Positions 1 to 14,432 of a DNA stretch of 64,000 nucleotides are shown piece by piece. The stretch lies in assembly GCA_964106915.2 (NCBI GenBank), contig OZ066923.1; one strand, written 5' to 3'. Position 1 is the first letter of the stretch. Every line of letters starts with the position of its first letter. The translations under genes were made by a program, and so were the position numbers. This stretch comes from Podarcis gaigeae. Taxonomy: Eukaryota. The notes beneath the pieces are model-generated. The model saw only the letters and a program-made list of their open reading frames with translations. It was not told the origin of the DNA and made no database searches.

Positions 1-117
1 CGATTTCTGTTCTCATCCTGAAGCAAAGTTCTTAACCTGAAGAATATTTCTGGGTTAGCAGAGTCTGTAACCTGAAGCATATGTAACCTGAAGCGTATGT
101 AACCTGAGGTACCACTG
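1..117. mobile_element. Tc1/mariner (Tigger-like) MITE, right part, cut by the window edge
   Basis: Ends ...GAGGTACCACTG followed by TA. Same family as the copies at 14219, 36838, 41063, 55627 and 62318. Confidence 0.85.
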
Positions 118-3100
118 TATAAAGGATAGAAGCAAAACATTGCTGCCAAAGGCCAGCACTGGAAATAAACAAACCTTGGCTGTGGCTCCTGGTTAAGGTG
201 GTGAGCTTAATCATGAGTCCAGATTTGGCAGATACACTAAGTCAAAACCATGGCTTAGCTGATGCATTACACTGAACTGAACCCAAGGGACATGGAAGGA
301 GTAAAGCAACTGCGATCTCTTCCCCGGATGTCATCACACTTCCACAGTCCTGGTAAACTACAGCTGCCTTACCATGATGTACAAACCAGGCCAGACTCAC
401 TCCAAGTAGCTAAAAAATGCTTTCATTTCTTGAGTTTCAAAACCACCATACAATCATGTAATTTTCAAAATTTTATTCATTATATCATTAAAAAATACTG
501 TTGATGTTAATATACAGATTTTTTTCCTAACTGATGTCTCAATCCTCATACAGGTATTTAAAGGCAAAATAATAAGAAATGAGAACTTCATGAGAGGGGG
601 GAGGAAGCTAAACTGTTTTCATTGTCACCTCCAAGTTAAGTGTAATAATAAATGATAATTTCGCACCTCGGACAGTCGAAAGGCATTGATATTTGCTTCT
701 TCTGAAAACCCAAGGATTACATTTAATCTGATTCAGAGAACTAGCTTGTTTTGTGAGTTTCTGGCACATTTTTAGAGCCTGATAAAAACAGAGCACACCT
801 TAGAATGCTTTTCTAAAAGCATGTCTTTTAGAAAATAACAACCTGTCAGCTTTTTTGCTATGTTTACTACTTCCAAGTTGCTTATCTAATGGGTTTATTC
901 AAAAGCATGCTGAAATGGATGAGGAAGCACACTGCAGAGCAGAATGCATGATCCTGATAATATTTTTAAAATGTTTAAAAGAGCATCATAAACAGAAAAT
1001 GACATCTGATAAAATATATTGCGCTTGACTTTTGAATTTATTTTTTCAAGTTTCTGAGAAATAGTGAAGGCAGATAAGTACTTTTTCATGTTTGGCTTTG
1101 GCCAATGCAATTATTAATTTACAGTAAACAAAGGTTTGGCAGCCATGACCTGAGGCAAATAGCCTAGTGAAGTTCTAATACTAAACAACGGCTTAATGTT
1201 GTGAGAATGAGCCAAGGAGAAACTTGAATTTCTGTGCCTCTGCTTTACTACTTATTATTCTCCGAATCAGTGGTAAGGAGATTGTAAGAGTCCACCTTCA
1301 GTTTTGAATAAATCACAGTATCTCATTAACTCAGAATTCAGGAAACTGTGCCTAGTTTAACAAACCCAAATCAAATTGTGGCTTCAGATTCTAGTTTATT
1401 AACTAACCAAAATCAGAATAAACCACATTTTCCTGAGTTTGAATGTAACAGGAAACTGTGCTTTTTCAAAGCTGAATGGGGAGCATTCTTCTTCCCTCAT
1501 ATAAGCAGGAGGGATGGAGAGAGAGACAGCAAGCCTAAGGCTCACTGCAGAACATCTTTGCGAAACCAAACCATGTTTTTTGTGTCTGTACTGGCCCTCT
1601 ATATTTCAAAGTTCTTAGCTTGCGAGTTCTTGTTAACATAGACTCAAGTATCTAGGGTGACAAATCTGTGGCCCTCCAAATGTTGCTGGTCAACAATTCC
1701 CATCAGCTTGAGCCAGCATTGCCAATGGTCAGGGATGATGGGAGACAGAGTCCAGCAACATCCAACCTTGTGCTAGGGAGCTGCGGAGCTGTGCGCTGTG
1801 AGATGTTCTAAGGTGAGAAAGCCTCAGCTTAAGGAAAATTAGACATGATGCAAACGATCCATGATTATGCTCTTCCATTAGTAAAAAGAGAAAAAGCAGC
1901 TGCACAAGAAGCTGAACCTCACTAGAAATGTGACATTGGGTGAGGAGTTGAACTATTTCCATGCTATTTTCTCACAATTAAAATCTCAACCTCCTTCTGA
2001 TGATTCTCTTTGCTCCACAGGGGAAAGTGTATGGATAACTATATGGTACCTTAAGCTTTCCCAATGGAACTCATGAAAAGGTCTCAAAGGTTAATTTTCA
2101 TGGGGGAAATGTTTCCAAGGCACAGCAGTCCCAACCAGATTCACCTCCTCCCTGGCTGTTATTAATTTAAACAAACACAATAGATCTTAATCACCATCTT
2201 CTGCATGATGTCTATTTTAGCCGTTAAAAGGCATAAACTTTCTGAGATGCAGTGCACTCAAACTAACAGCGGCATACTGAGTACAGAGATAGCCTGCTGG
2301 GATGGGAAGACTACAGTGGCTTCTTATGAAATATGTTCACTCTGATCACGTTGGAAAAGCCTCCCTGTTTTTCAAACATATTTCATTTTTAAACCAGTTG
2401 ACCCATCAAACTCAAAATGCCCATTTATCCAATTGACTGGCTAAGTTATATAAGAAAATAGACTACCTTCGGCTATGTTATCTTTCTGGTCTGTGTACTG
2501 CATTCTGCCCTCAATTAACCCCTCTAACTTAAATGATTGTTCTTGCTAAATGAGGCTGCACTTAGCTGAGCACAGAAACCAAGTCATTGTATGTCTATCG
2601 TTAAGAGCCATTATTCTGTGTCTGAACAAGCTTTTCCACAGATATCAAAGATTTCCTTAGCTATTCTCTGACATTCCAAAAGCCATACAATTAATATGCC
2701 TTATACGGTTTGACAGGTTTCACTGCTTCAGTTGCCCTGAATGAATTCCAATGGTTATTTGATTTTAAGACTAGGGCATAGTATCAATATATCACAGTGT
2801 TAAATATTAGGGAAAACAAAATCCAGATTCGCACTTTTGTACAATGAATTAAGAAATGTACAAAAGTGAAAATGGGAAAATATTCTTTTTTTATTTTTAC
2901 CACCTACTTTAGCTCAGACTTGGCAGACCATTGTTAAATGCACCACTTCAGCAATTCTGCTTGAGCCAAAGATACAACCGTGAAAATATCTAGGTTAAAT
3001 ACTTTGGACTGTCTGTTGCTGGAAATCTTAGTGCTAGCTTTGACTGGCAGAGTTTGGCCTGCTGCCACTTCAATTTCACAACAATGAATGTAAATGACAA

Positions 3101-6100
3101 AAACTGTTAATTCGCTCTTGTGCTCGTGCCTGTGATTTGCCATTTTAAGGACAGAGCAGCTTGTAATAAGCTTAGCATTATAATTCCTATGTTCACAGGC
3201 ATACCAGCTAAGAAGCGGGTCTGGACTGAAAATGGTATTCAAATACTTGTGTAGACAAAAGAGAAGCTGCTTTCAAGGAGAAAAGGTTCAAACTGGCACC
3301 TAGCATCTGCACTGCACTCTCATAGCCCACTAATCACTAAAGCGATATGCACTATAAAATAATACACTCCTCTGTCCAGAACTTTCCATTCAAAACAGAA
3401 TATTTGTTTCCTTCAGTATGATTCATTGCTTCAGTCTAATCGAAAACCGGTTGCCTGAAGAATACATCAATAAGGGGAGATGCAAGTGATGGATGAGTCT
3501 ATAGCTTGGTCAACATTTTAAGGTGAACTAACTTAATTCACACCTCTCAAGCTCCTTTAAAGCTTGCACTTCTCCAAACTTTGTGAACTAATTCTCAGTT
3601 CAAAACATGTGCAAAATGTCATGGCAAGATGCTAAAGTTATTTTAAAGCCCCATTCATGTATGATTTTTTAAAAAGTAGATTTAGAGTGCATTAAATGCA
3701 CCAAAAACTAAGGCAGCCTTGGACTAAGGCAGTATAGTCATTACAAATCCACTAAGTTGTGTCCATGCACACCAAAGTCATGTGTGTACATAAAGAGGGC
3801 TGGGGGGGAAGGAATGAACCAACTCTTTTGCTGTTTATAAGAGGTTCCCTGCCTTGTCATCTAGAAGAAATCTTTTACTTGCCATAGGCTACTAGCGAAA
3901 TAGTGGTTTACAAGCATGAACTAACGATGTTCCGTATATATGAGTATTAAAGCAGTTTTTGCTTAAATAAATTTGAAATGCAAATATGAAATTTATATCA
4001 GTCAGTCTTCTCATTTGAATTACAAATGCACCTCTTCTGCATTAGTAACGATCAGCCTTTCAGATAAACAGCAAAAGAGAGGCTCACACTGATGTTCAGC
4101 CTTAGAGAGTTTCGAACGGTTTGCTGGAATGAAATGTTAGTACCCAGAGTATCTCCAACAGCCTACTCTCTTATATTAAATGCTTTGAACTAAAAATGTA
4201 TAATTATTCTGTTGATTTTTATTCTGAGAAAATTGAAGATACTGGTCACAAGGATCTAGGTGAGCAGAGCCAGCCAGCCACCCAACCTCTTCATCCCACC
4301 AGGCTATGTGTGTTTCAAGTGAGTGGGGATGTCATTCCATTCAGCTCTACTGGCTGAGCCAGCTGCTGTCACCAGATGACACAAGCATCATTCTATTAGG
4401 GTTGTGCTCCCCATTCTACTTGCTATACTTGCAGGTGGTAGGCCCATGGGGAGCTCCAAGGGTGGGGCTGAATGGAACTGGCATCCACTGAATCCCAAAG
4501 TTTGGTTGATGGCATTGAGGCTGATCCAGTGTGGGGTGGAGGGTAAGGATCAGGGGGGGGAGGAAGGCGGGTGTGGTGGGGATTACCGGGTGTCACAACT
4601 GAGAGGGTGACAAAATGCCGGCCAGCACTCACCGCAGGGCCTGCGGCATGCCCAAGCAATGCATCTCTCCTGGGAGTGACGCAGTGGGTTGGGCGCCCAC
4701 AGGCTCCACTCTGCCCTAAACAGTCCACTTGCCGCCTCAGCTGTAGGGCGGCTGAGTGGGAGGAGGCAGGCAGACTCCTTGGAGGCCCGGCAGAGCGTCC
4801 TGCCCTGGCTGGCCCTGCCCCAGGCTTGCTCCGCTGCTGGTAAGGACTGCAGCCTTAGAGAATGAGAGAAGGAAGCATATGCATTGGCCTGCAGAAACCA
4901 GGCTTTACTTTTTCAGTGCAGTCAAATGCAAGTTAACAGGTGTAGTAGGGAGACCTTAGATGTAAAGCCAGTGTGTGAAAATCTCAGGTGCAAATTGGTG
5001 GTCAGCATGAGGATAGCTCACTGGGTAGCCATAGCAAACTGTAAAGCAGGATAAAATTTGCAAGGATAAAATGAAAGATAAACTGATATAAGCCATGAGC
5101 TTCTTAGAGGAAAGGGAGGGTAATAAATAACAGTAGAATGCAATCACCTATCTTTCTGTTTTCTAAGATGCCCCACTTGGTTGTCATGTATATATTTATT
5201 ACTATTAATAGTCACCACTATTATTTCCATACCCATTTATGCTAACTATTTCAAAACCTATCAAAGACTCATATGCATACCAGCATACAGAATCTACAAG
5301 TTAATTTTTAGCTGACAAAAACAGTTATTCAACTTAAATATATCCTATGATAACTGTGTGTTGGCTTCTTTAAAAAGCTTGAAACAGAACTTCATCCTTG
5401 TGAGTTTCCATTTCACGGAAGATCTAACTTTAAAATACTTAGCTGCAACTTCTTTTTGTGGAAAACTGTGGGCTGAAAAAGGTACATGATGCAAGAAGGT
5501 GCTCACAGGCCTGTGAGTTTTACTTCTAAATGCAGCACCATGAAAGGATAATGTAACATTGCCCCTACCATGTTCCCTGGAAGCCACATGGGGCCACTTG
5601 TTTCTGTGCTGCTCTTCGCATGATAGATAAAAAGAACTATCCAATCCAAAGATCATGTTGTTTTTAAATCTGCCTCCATATCTGTTGCTGAGGTACTGAA
5701 GCAGCATATATATCCTGGCCTGAGATCCCAAACTTTAAATGTTTTTAATTTAAGAACAAAACAGAATGGCTTCTAGTCAAGGTGGATATGATTTGATTTA
5801 AGTAAGACTTGATTTAAATCGTTTACAGAAAGACTCATTCTTGCTGGTATAATCTTAGTATTTGCAACCAGATGAAGGTTTCATTTTCGGAATAATAAAT
5901 TTTCAGAGTAGCTTTTACAGTCCTATAAAAAAATTACTGATTTGGTTATACTGTTAGAAATACATCAACAGATAATTATGAAATTATTGTGAGGTTTAAT
6001 AAGTTAACTGTTTATATTTGGACAACTTTTCTGCTGTACTTTATTGGAAGTACATTTCCTTAATAACAATTGAAACAATTTATTTAACTAAAACAATAAC

Positions 6101-6482
6101 ATTATAGCATATGTATCCATGTTTGTTAACTGATGTGGTTAAACAATTAGATTGAGTTTTACCACACATGAAAAACTTAAAAGAAATCCTTATTTCATGA
6201 TTAATAGCCTTTGGACTATAATGTAACTTAAATAGAAAACTATCTTTAGAAAGATTTTTAATAGACCAATCTTTGTCTGAATGGAATAGACCAGGGGAGA
6301 AAACTCCCATGATTAACTTCTCTTAAGATGGTATTGCTGTGTGATCAGTTTTTTGCCATTGTTTTAAGCAACTGCGTTTTCTAAAATAATTAAATATATG
6401 GTGAAATATATTCAAATAAAACCACTTCTTTGAAAAATAGCTTGCCACACTTAGTTACAGAAAAAGTAGAAACTCATCTTAC

Positions 6483-7515
6483 CTATAAATAAATGGTGCT
6501 ACTGTGGCCGTATTTGGGTGACTGTATTGCTGTTGCTGAGGAAGTTGCACAATACTGCTTCCTGGTGCTTGCCCACTAGTTGCAGCAATGGAAAGAGCAG
6601 CAGACGAACTAGGGGTAAGAGCCGTACTAGATTCCTTTCCTTCAGAAGAGGGAAGACCAGAAGGAGTGTATGCTTTCTCATTACCTTGCGATTTTGCTGT
6701 TGACTGGGGTTGGTTCCCCTTTGCACTCCTCAATTTTTCCGCCTCTTTACTTCCTGAACATGCCGGTGAAGTACTTTGCTTTGATGTCGGTACTTTTGAT
6801 CCAGGTTTTGGTATACCACTAGATGAAGGTATTAGACTTTCCTTCTTGGCTGATGCAGCCTTGTTCCCCTTGGGGATCAGGCTCGCAATTTTTGAGGTCT
6901 TTTTTGCAGGTGTCTCTGTGGCCTGGTCCTTCTCTTCCTTCACCGTCTTCTCAGTGCAAACTTTGTTTTTGTCCCTGCTCTTTTCCTCTTTGTCCTTTGG
7001 CTGTAGCAAAGACTTTTTATTGCTGAGATTTTTGCTTCCAGCTTTTGGAGGGGTTAGTTTAGGTGATATTTTAGGGCTGCTGCTGCTGGTGGAGCCACCA
7101 CTGTTGAGACCACCGCCGAAGCCGTCCATTTCGCCACAATCTAAAAAGGCTTCTTCGTCTCTCCCGCTGTCACTGGGACCCGAACTGGATGACAAGGGAG
7201 GCCGCAAAACAGTCCTAGCGTTAACTAACTTGAATTTCTCTAACATGGATTTCTGCCCAGATGAAGGAGTTTTGGGCCCTTCAGAAAGGGGTGGCTTAAG
7301 CCTATCTGAAGGTGGCGTAGGAGAGGTTGCGGGACTGGGCTGCTTGACAGACAGCATGGTAGAGGTGGCACTGTGTTTGACATTCATGGATTTGCTGCGC
7401 CAAGGCTTGCTGGCACTTGGAGAGGGGATGGCAGAGACCGGCTGCTGCCCAGTGCTGGTGGGATGCTGTACATTTCCATTCATGCCTGCAGATGGATGAG
7501 GACCTTTGGGTGATT
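6483..7515 (-). CDS. NAV3: NAV3 large coding exon (exon 8 equivalent), Ser/Pro/Lys-rich region with SxIP EB-binding motifs
   Basis: 1033 nt inside ORF 6479..7690, running (E)SPKGPHPSAGMNGN...KPWRSKSMNVKHSATSTML...SMLEKFKLVNAR...SKIASLIPKG...SGIPKPG...HPNTATVAPFIYR. CCAG acceptor (7516-7517), AG|GTAAG donor (6478-6482), phase 1 to 2. Confidence 0.97.
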
Positions 7516-10500
7516 CTGGTTTTGAAAGAGAAAAACACGAGGGCATTAAAATTGCAGAGCTCCCCAAACTATGCATTCCAAATGATGATGATGGATGATG
7601 ATGATATAAATTTGTATACTGCCCTATGCCTGCAGGTCTCAGGGAAGTTCTAACATAAAAACACACAATACATAATAAAAACAAAAACAATCCAATAATC
7701 TTTCAATTAGTTGCACAATTGAAAGCACTGTGGGAACTGAGCCTTCTAAAACATGTTCCCATTGACCTAGTTTAAATACGTAAGCCTACCCTCTTGTCGT
7801 TTCTCCAAACTTGTCAGAAACTTAAGTACAAAAATACCTTTTGATTGCTTAAATTATTTTCCTCACAAATCATGCATTAAAATTGCTGTTTTATGCTCAG
7901 CAAGAAGCGTTTTGGATTGGAGGAAGCTTCAGCCGCCCACGTATTAACAGGAGCTCCAGATTACAAAAGGATATGGCACTGGGCTGGTGGGTAACAGGAA
8001 GAGGAACATGAATCTGTAATTATTTCCTTAAAAAAATAAATGGATGAAACTAACAGCCTTGTCCTAGAAGCCACTGTGCTAGTGATAAAGTGTATAACTG
8101 CATGCTGCAAACGGATTCAGAATATTGGCTTGGAACAGAAACCTAGGGTGATAACAGTGAGAAGGATAACAGGAGGAATGAATCAAGATCTGAAATAATA
8201 TTCTTATTGTGACATTCTAGAGGCCCTTTTGGCCACTACAGAGTCACCAAGGTCAACACAAGCCTATGTATCTGATTTAACAGGATTGAAAGTGACAGAC
8301 AGCACAGTAGGATAGGTCTGCCCCACTTGCCTCATGTAGGGTCCCCTCTAGCTATGTCGGCACCAGCCATTTCCACCTGCACAGTCACATCCATCAAATC
8401 GGGGGTAAATTAAGGCTGACACTGACTGCTCTCTGGCCTGGTTAGATTAAGGTTACCAATACCTGGTATAAAAAATCCACCCCTGTGACCTTAACAGCAG
8501 CATGGAGGTATGGCATTCAGCAGGTGCATTTTATCTCGGGGCTTTAGCTCTATGACATGACTACTAAAGACATAAGGGCTCCTATGGGCAACATGAAGGA
8601 AATATCAGAAAGGTCAGGTGTAGGATTTTGTATGCAAAAGGAGCTACACCAGAAATATTTGTAAGATAGAGGATAAGGGGAATAAATGAAGCTGAAGCAA
8701 GCACAGTATGGAAGTAAAGGAATAGCAGCGATGAAACCATTCATACAAGGGTGGTGTTGCTGTTTTCAGTGGTTTACCCAACAAATATATTGGTGGAATT
8801 GAATCTCAGTAATAAAAATAGGACAGGGCTAGAAATTACCTGAGCAGATGGTATCACTACAAATTAAATAAAGGGAACAATTGAATTGAATCAGAACAAG
8901 ATTGAAATTTCCACAGGCCTCAAGCTTGAAAAGGATTGGGATAATTTAACTCCCATGTTTCTTTTTAATACTGATCATGTCAAAAAGCTTCAAGACTGAA
9001 GTGCTTAATAATACTAGGGATGCTTGAGAAATTAGTTTTCTGTGAATTCAGATGTCACATGACCTGATCTCCACCATGTGGACTGTTGCGTAGATTGGAA
9101 TGTAATGTTGCTCTCTGCTCAAAAATCATGCCAACATGCATTTGACCATGCACACTTCAGAATAAAATATGTTTAGAATTCCAGACACTGAGATACAGTA
9201 TGCATTTATCTACATATTTTGTCATGATATACGTGTTATAAGCGTGTGTGCAAATACAGATTTTTGTGCAGATTATTTTAAAGCGTTATCAGATTTATGT
9301 AGAAATGGTGCAAAGAAGACATAAGTGAACACATAAATTATTGACAGTTCTACGTACAGGAAAACATAGGGCGTTCAATGGTGTTGCTAAGATGACAGTA
9401 ACACTCCTGTCAGCAGAACAGGGAGGGAAGTAATTTGCATTGGTACCAGTGGCAGCTTCTCTCCCAGTGCAAACCAAACCTTTGGGTGAGGACAGATTTT
9501 CTGTAGCAGTGTGCAAGGAGTTAAAAAGAAACCCTACCCGGCTCATCATAGCCCTGATCCTGATCACCCCCCATTGCTGCTATTTAAAGTAGAAAAAAAT
9601 AACTACAAAAGGCAAAACTATACATTTATTGTTTCCTATGTGAACGTAATTTGGTTTGGAATAAACCAAGCTAATTTGGAAAACAAAGCAAAGATTTGGG
9701 GAAAGGAAGTGTTAAATAGTGATTACTCCATAGAAAACCACCAGTTATGTTTGCCCAACCACTGTACATAATTTAATTATTTAGATCACTTTTCCAGTTA
9801 GCTAAAAAGGATTTATAGCATGGATTTATGCTATTTAGTTTCACAGTATGTCAAAGAAAATACTCTTTCTGTATATGTAGCTAATGGTTTCAATTTGGAG
9901 CCCGTGACACAAATGGAAAAGCAAGCCTGAGGATCCAATAAAATAATCTGAGAATAATAGTTTGAAAAGAAATTGTAGCAGCATTTTTTTGTCCTGAAAG
10001 CAGAGATTATGGAACATCCTGCTTTTACACATTAAATCATATTTGTATATGGCTTAGCGAATCAGTGAGTAGCTTCACCAAGAACCTACCAGGACTATCA
10101 GTTTAGTCTTCAAAATATTAGACTTGCATAGAGGGGCAGGAGTGTGCATTCGAGGAAACTCCATCCTCAATTCCCCAGCACCACAAACGTGATAAGACAT
10201 TCATGCCTCATCAGGATTTTCAGTTGTATGGAGGCTTCTAAGCATCTTCCGTCAAACACACACAGAAGCTTCTCTCAATTTTTAAATTCAATGCACAAAG
10301 CTCTGAGAGAAGCCCTCGCTGAAGGGGGAAATTAGGGCAGTGCTTATATTTGAAACCATTTTTTAGGATCCACTTTATTCAGGAAAATGTTTTCTTTTTC
10401 AGGTTCAGCAACTCTGCAGATTGGGTTATGGAAAATGTCTGCAGGTTGCTCTAATTTAATAGCCAAGTGTCCCTGTAGTGCTGCAATATGGTATTCTAAA

Positions 10501-10965
10501 CCCCCTCCATTATTTATTTATTTTTATTTATCTACTGCAAATTTATTCCTACAGTAGTAGTAATGGGATTGATTTTGGCAAATAACAATATTAACCTTTA
10601 AGGGAAGCTTTTGATGCAAGGTTAATTGTACAGCTACTCAGCACAAACAGCATGGATTATAAATATGAAACCCATAAATTATTATGAGATCTGAAGTATT
10701 TTGAAGATTCTCTTATGGCATAAAGGAACAATCAAATTATGGATAGTCATGCAAATTAGAACCAACTGTTTTCCTTTAAGTCCTTTGTTGCTCTCCTGAT
10801 ATATACTACCAGTATATATCTTGCTACTGTTTATTTTTAAAGCCCACGATTAACCTAGCAATCAAAATGCATTACCTCTAAAGTATTATTAAGATTCCTT
10901 TACATCAGTAATTATTATGTTGGGTAACAAACATGATGTAACAGGTTCTCCTTCAATGTCTAAAG

Positions 10966-11149
10966 CGGGGTTGTCAACCTGGTCCCTACCGCCCACTAGT
11001 GGGCGTTTCAGGGTTTTAGGTGGGTGGTAGGGGTTCTATGGCACAAGCTGAATCCTCCTTCCACTGAGCACTGGTGGGCGGTAAGGAAACGTTACCATCA
11101 AGAAAGATGCATTAGTGGGCGGTAGGTATAAAAAGGTTGACTACCCCTG
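10966..11149. mobile_element. hAT (Charlie-like) MITE
   Basis: TIR C(A)GGGGTTGTCAACC / GGTTGACTACCCCTG with 8-bp TSD GTCTAAAG/GTCTAAAC. A second copy is at 39486. Confidence 0.85.
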
Positions 11150-11921
11150 GTCTAAACGATGCTCCATAGGCATCAAATTCTCTTAATTATGAGGTGGATC
11201 ATAAACCATATTGAGTCCTACCACTACCCAAAATAGGTAGAGAATAACAGATTGAACACGATGATAAGTAATGAAGATGAAATGTTAATATGGCTTAAAG
11301 AAACATCCTTAGAGAAAGACACCACAATAAAACTTGCTTGGTACAGGAATTTGCAATGCCTATGTGAATTAATTCCTCCCCCACATCTAACTGAACACTG
11401 GTGTTCATTCAATGACATCTACTCCCACCTTGTGGTAAAGCTGCTGCACATTGCTTTTTAAAAATGTTCTATTTTCCTGACCCCTGAGATAGGGGGGAAA
11501 AAGAATATTTCAGTGACCGAATATATGCAAGAATGATATTCTTGAAGGCAGAAGGTATATAATTTACCATAAGTGTGGAAGAGATGCTACAAGTAGCATC
11601 CTTGATGCAGGATGCTTTAAGACTCCATTCAACACTGAGCCATCACCGAATGTCAGATTTTATAAAGTTTCCACTGCTTAGGATTGAAATCTACCCCCAA
11701 AAAACAGCTGCTGAAAATTTATATATATCCAACTGCAGCTCAAAACGTTAGACATCTTTTGCCAGAAATAGAAGGCTCCTCAGAGCCCAATTGAAAACTC
11801 AACAATTATATTCTACTTATATCTCAGAATTAGTATTTTAAACATTTCATCTTTTTTTCCTGACTTGTGTAGAACCTTTACAGATTTGTATGCTCAGCAA
11901 GCCTGGCATACAAACACTTAC

Positions 11922-12061
11922 CTTTTTCATTTCCATTTGCATATTGTGGAGGCTTGTTTTTGTCAATGCTATTAAAGCTCTGACTTCTCCGATTTAAATT
12001 TGAGGCTCCCTGGACTTTGGTACTGCTGCCTGCAGCTGGCACCCTTGAGGGCCCGGGAAGC
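11922..12061 (-). CDS. NAV3: NAV3 coding exon (exon 7 equivalent)
   Basis: 140 nt encoding (R)LPGPSRVPAAGSSTKVQGASNLNRRSQSFNSIDKNKPPQYANGNEK(E). TTCTAG acceptor, AAG|GTAAGT donor, phase 2 to 1. Absent from the ORF track. Confidence 0.96.
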
Positions 12062-13539
12062 CTAGAATAGCACAGTCAGAAATGAATTTCTTGCAATTGC
12101 ATATGAGACAGTTAACTTTTCAGTTGCAGAATAAATTCACAGAGCTGATCAACAATGGTTTTAAGGAAGGTCATGACAATGAACAACAACATAATTAATG
12201 GTTAGTCAGACCATGGACAAAAGGAACACCTTAAACGGTACAAAAGAAGAAAATATGATATATACAGTCAGAGACAAACATATAAGGATCCTTTGCATTT
12301 TCCATTTACACTGCAAAAAAGATTCACCCATGTTTTTCCAGGAGCCATACAACTGTTTTATTCAAATAGTTCAGTTCCATATATTTCTAAGATAAATATA
12401 ACAAAGCTAAAACAACCCATGGAATACAGTTTAGTGGAAATATATACTCTAAACACAGTTTTGAAAATAAGCACTATACTCCACGAGTGCTTTATTTCTT
12501 CTTTTGTTCCAGAAACACTCATATCTGCAGAAGGCATTAGATGGTAAGATGAGAAATTCAACATTTTACATTGCTCACATCTTCATTACTTCAAATGAAA
12601 ACTCTTGAATTAAAGAGATCTGCTCAGGCTACATATTTCACTTGTTGGTATTTGCTGCCACCATCTGAAATATCCTGGGTATCAGAGTTAACAATAAAGA
12701 TGCCACTCTCTGCAATAAGTACAGACCCACATTGTAATTATTTTGATTTGATTGTCTGGTGTAGAGATTAAGCAGTGTTGCGTTGTCTTACAAGCTGCCA
12801 ATAAAAATAAATTGCTCTAGTTCAATGCACACAACTGGTACCTCAACAGACTTAAGGACAGGTTAAATCAGGATTGTGAATATTACCTAGAAGCAGGTGT
12901 TACTAGTTTACGATATTTCAAACATTTGCATTGTGAAATGCTAATAGCTGCCACAGTGGGAGAAAAGAGAGAAAATGCAAGAAGAAAATGAAAGGGGGCA
13001 TTTGTTTAATAAAGGGCTTTGCTTACTATAGTGGCACATCAAGAGAGCATATTTTAATATAAAACTGCACTATATCTCTATCTAAGCAGGTCACCACTTT
13101 GTGAAGTAGATAACTGGAAAATTGCGATGTTAGATGTCTAATAATCCATGTTACTTTTTAGTTTATTCTGGCTGTTGGCCTGTTCCTTTGGAATCTGCAC
13201 TGTCAGCAAATCTAAGCATACAAAATTTTATCATGGCCTATAAAATCCAGATAAGACTGGGGCACTGTTAGTGAGTGGTTCCCTAGACCTCTGAGGGCAC
13301 CGGTGCGTAACTTAGGGGTACTTTGCTGTCAACTTTGACTGGTGTCCCAGCTATGCCCCTATCTGGACGGGGATAGCCTAACACCTGTTGTTTATGCTCA
13401 GGTAACCGCTAGGTTAGATTACTGAAACACCTTATATACAGGGCTTTTTTTTCAGCTGGAAGTCACTGGAACTCAGTTGCATTCATGGTGAGTTCTGGCA
13501 CCTCCTTTTATAGAAAACTAGCACTGGGTATGAAGGGCT

Positions 13540-14150
13540 ACCTCTGAAAATGGTTTGGAAACTTCAACTGGTGCATAAGCTGGCAGTGAAATTGCTCATC
13601 GAGGGAAGACAGTTTGATTAAACTGTCTTCTGGCCCAAACACTGATCCTGGCCCAACTGCAGCAGCTGCCAGTTAGTATTCAGGCCCAATTCATAGTGCT
13701 GCTTTTGACCAATGAAGCCTTCATGGCTCAGGACTGAAATATTTCAAGGACCGTCTGTCCCCATAAGGACTACCTCAACCCAACCCTGCAATAATCATTT
13801 GAAGCCCTTCTTCATGTGCCTCTTCCATGAGAGGTTTGGAGGGTGGCAACAGCAGAACAAGCATTTTATGCGCTGCCCCCCCCCTTTGGAATGGTGTCCC
13901 CAGGGAGGCTCACTTGGCACCCTCATTACATACCTTTAGATACCACCAGGCAAAAATGCTTCTCTAGAAGCAGACCTTTGGCTGATTAAGATTCTATGGG
14001 CTTTTAAATGTGTCTGTGGGAGGGATGTTATTGGCTTGTTTATGTTTTATTGTGTATTTTGGGTTCTCATTTTATATTTTGATGTTGTGAACCACCCTGT
14101 GATCTTCATATGAAGGGTGGTATACAAATTCAATTAACAACAACAACAAA
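13540..14150 (+). mobile_element. Degenerate L2-clade LINE 3' fragment
   Basis: Decayed KLQLV..AA.LL / F.VL.LT..A C-terminal coding motif and 3' stem-loop tail GTGAACCACCCTG..AGGGTGGTATACAAAT. Boundaries approximate. Confidence 0.6.
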
Positions 14151-14218
14151 TCTATGGCTACTGATCCAGTTAATTTACAAATATACAAAAATGCATGTTA
14201 AAATTCAGTTTACTTATA

Positions 14219-14432
14219 CAGTGGTACCTCAGGTTAAGAACGTAATTCGTTCTGGAGGTCTGTTCTTAACCTGAAACTGTTCTTAACCTGAGGACCACTT
14301 TAGCTAATGGGGCCTCCCACCACCACCACACGATTTCTGTTCTTATCCTGAAGCAAAGTTCTTAACTTGAGGTACTATTTCTGGGTTAGCAGAGTCTGTA
14401 ACCTGAAGTGTCTGCAACCCAAGGTACCACAG
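14219..14432. mobile_element. Tc1/mariner MITE (CAGTGGTACCTC TIR family)
   Basis: TA|CAGTGGTACCTCAGGTT ... AAGGTACCACAG|TA, with internal AACCTGAA repeats. Confidence 0.88.

Noticed and set aside
1-6482. NAV3 exon 9 (AHSENE...CLEEISG)
   Set aside because: No matching minus-strand sequence was found by eye, so it presumably lies beyond the left edge.
6588-7499. 303-aa plus-strand ORF antisense to exon 8
   Set aside because: It is a shadow ORF of a low-complexity Ser/Pro/Lys exon, lies entirely within that exon, and has no recognisable domain.
7516-7690. N-terminal extension of the 403-aa ORF (MFLFLLC...HHHPSSS)
   Set aside because: It is intronic read-through upstream of the acceptor at 7516-7517. 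NAV3 similarity starts at ESPKG and the phase matches exon 7.
13266-13383. TGTTAG...CTAACA-bounded 118-nt segment as a mini-LTR
   Set aside because: It has no TSD, TATA box or poly(A) signal, so support is insufficient.
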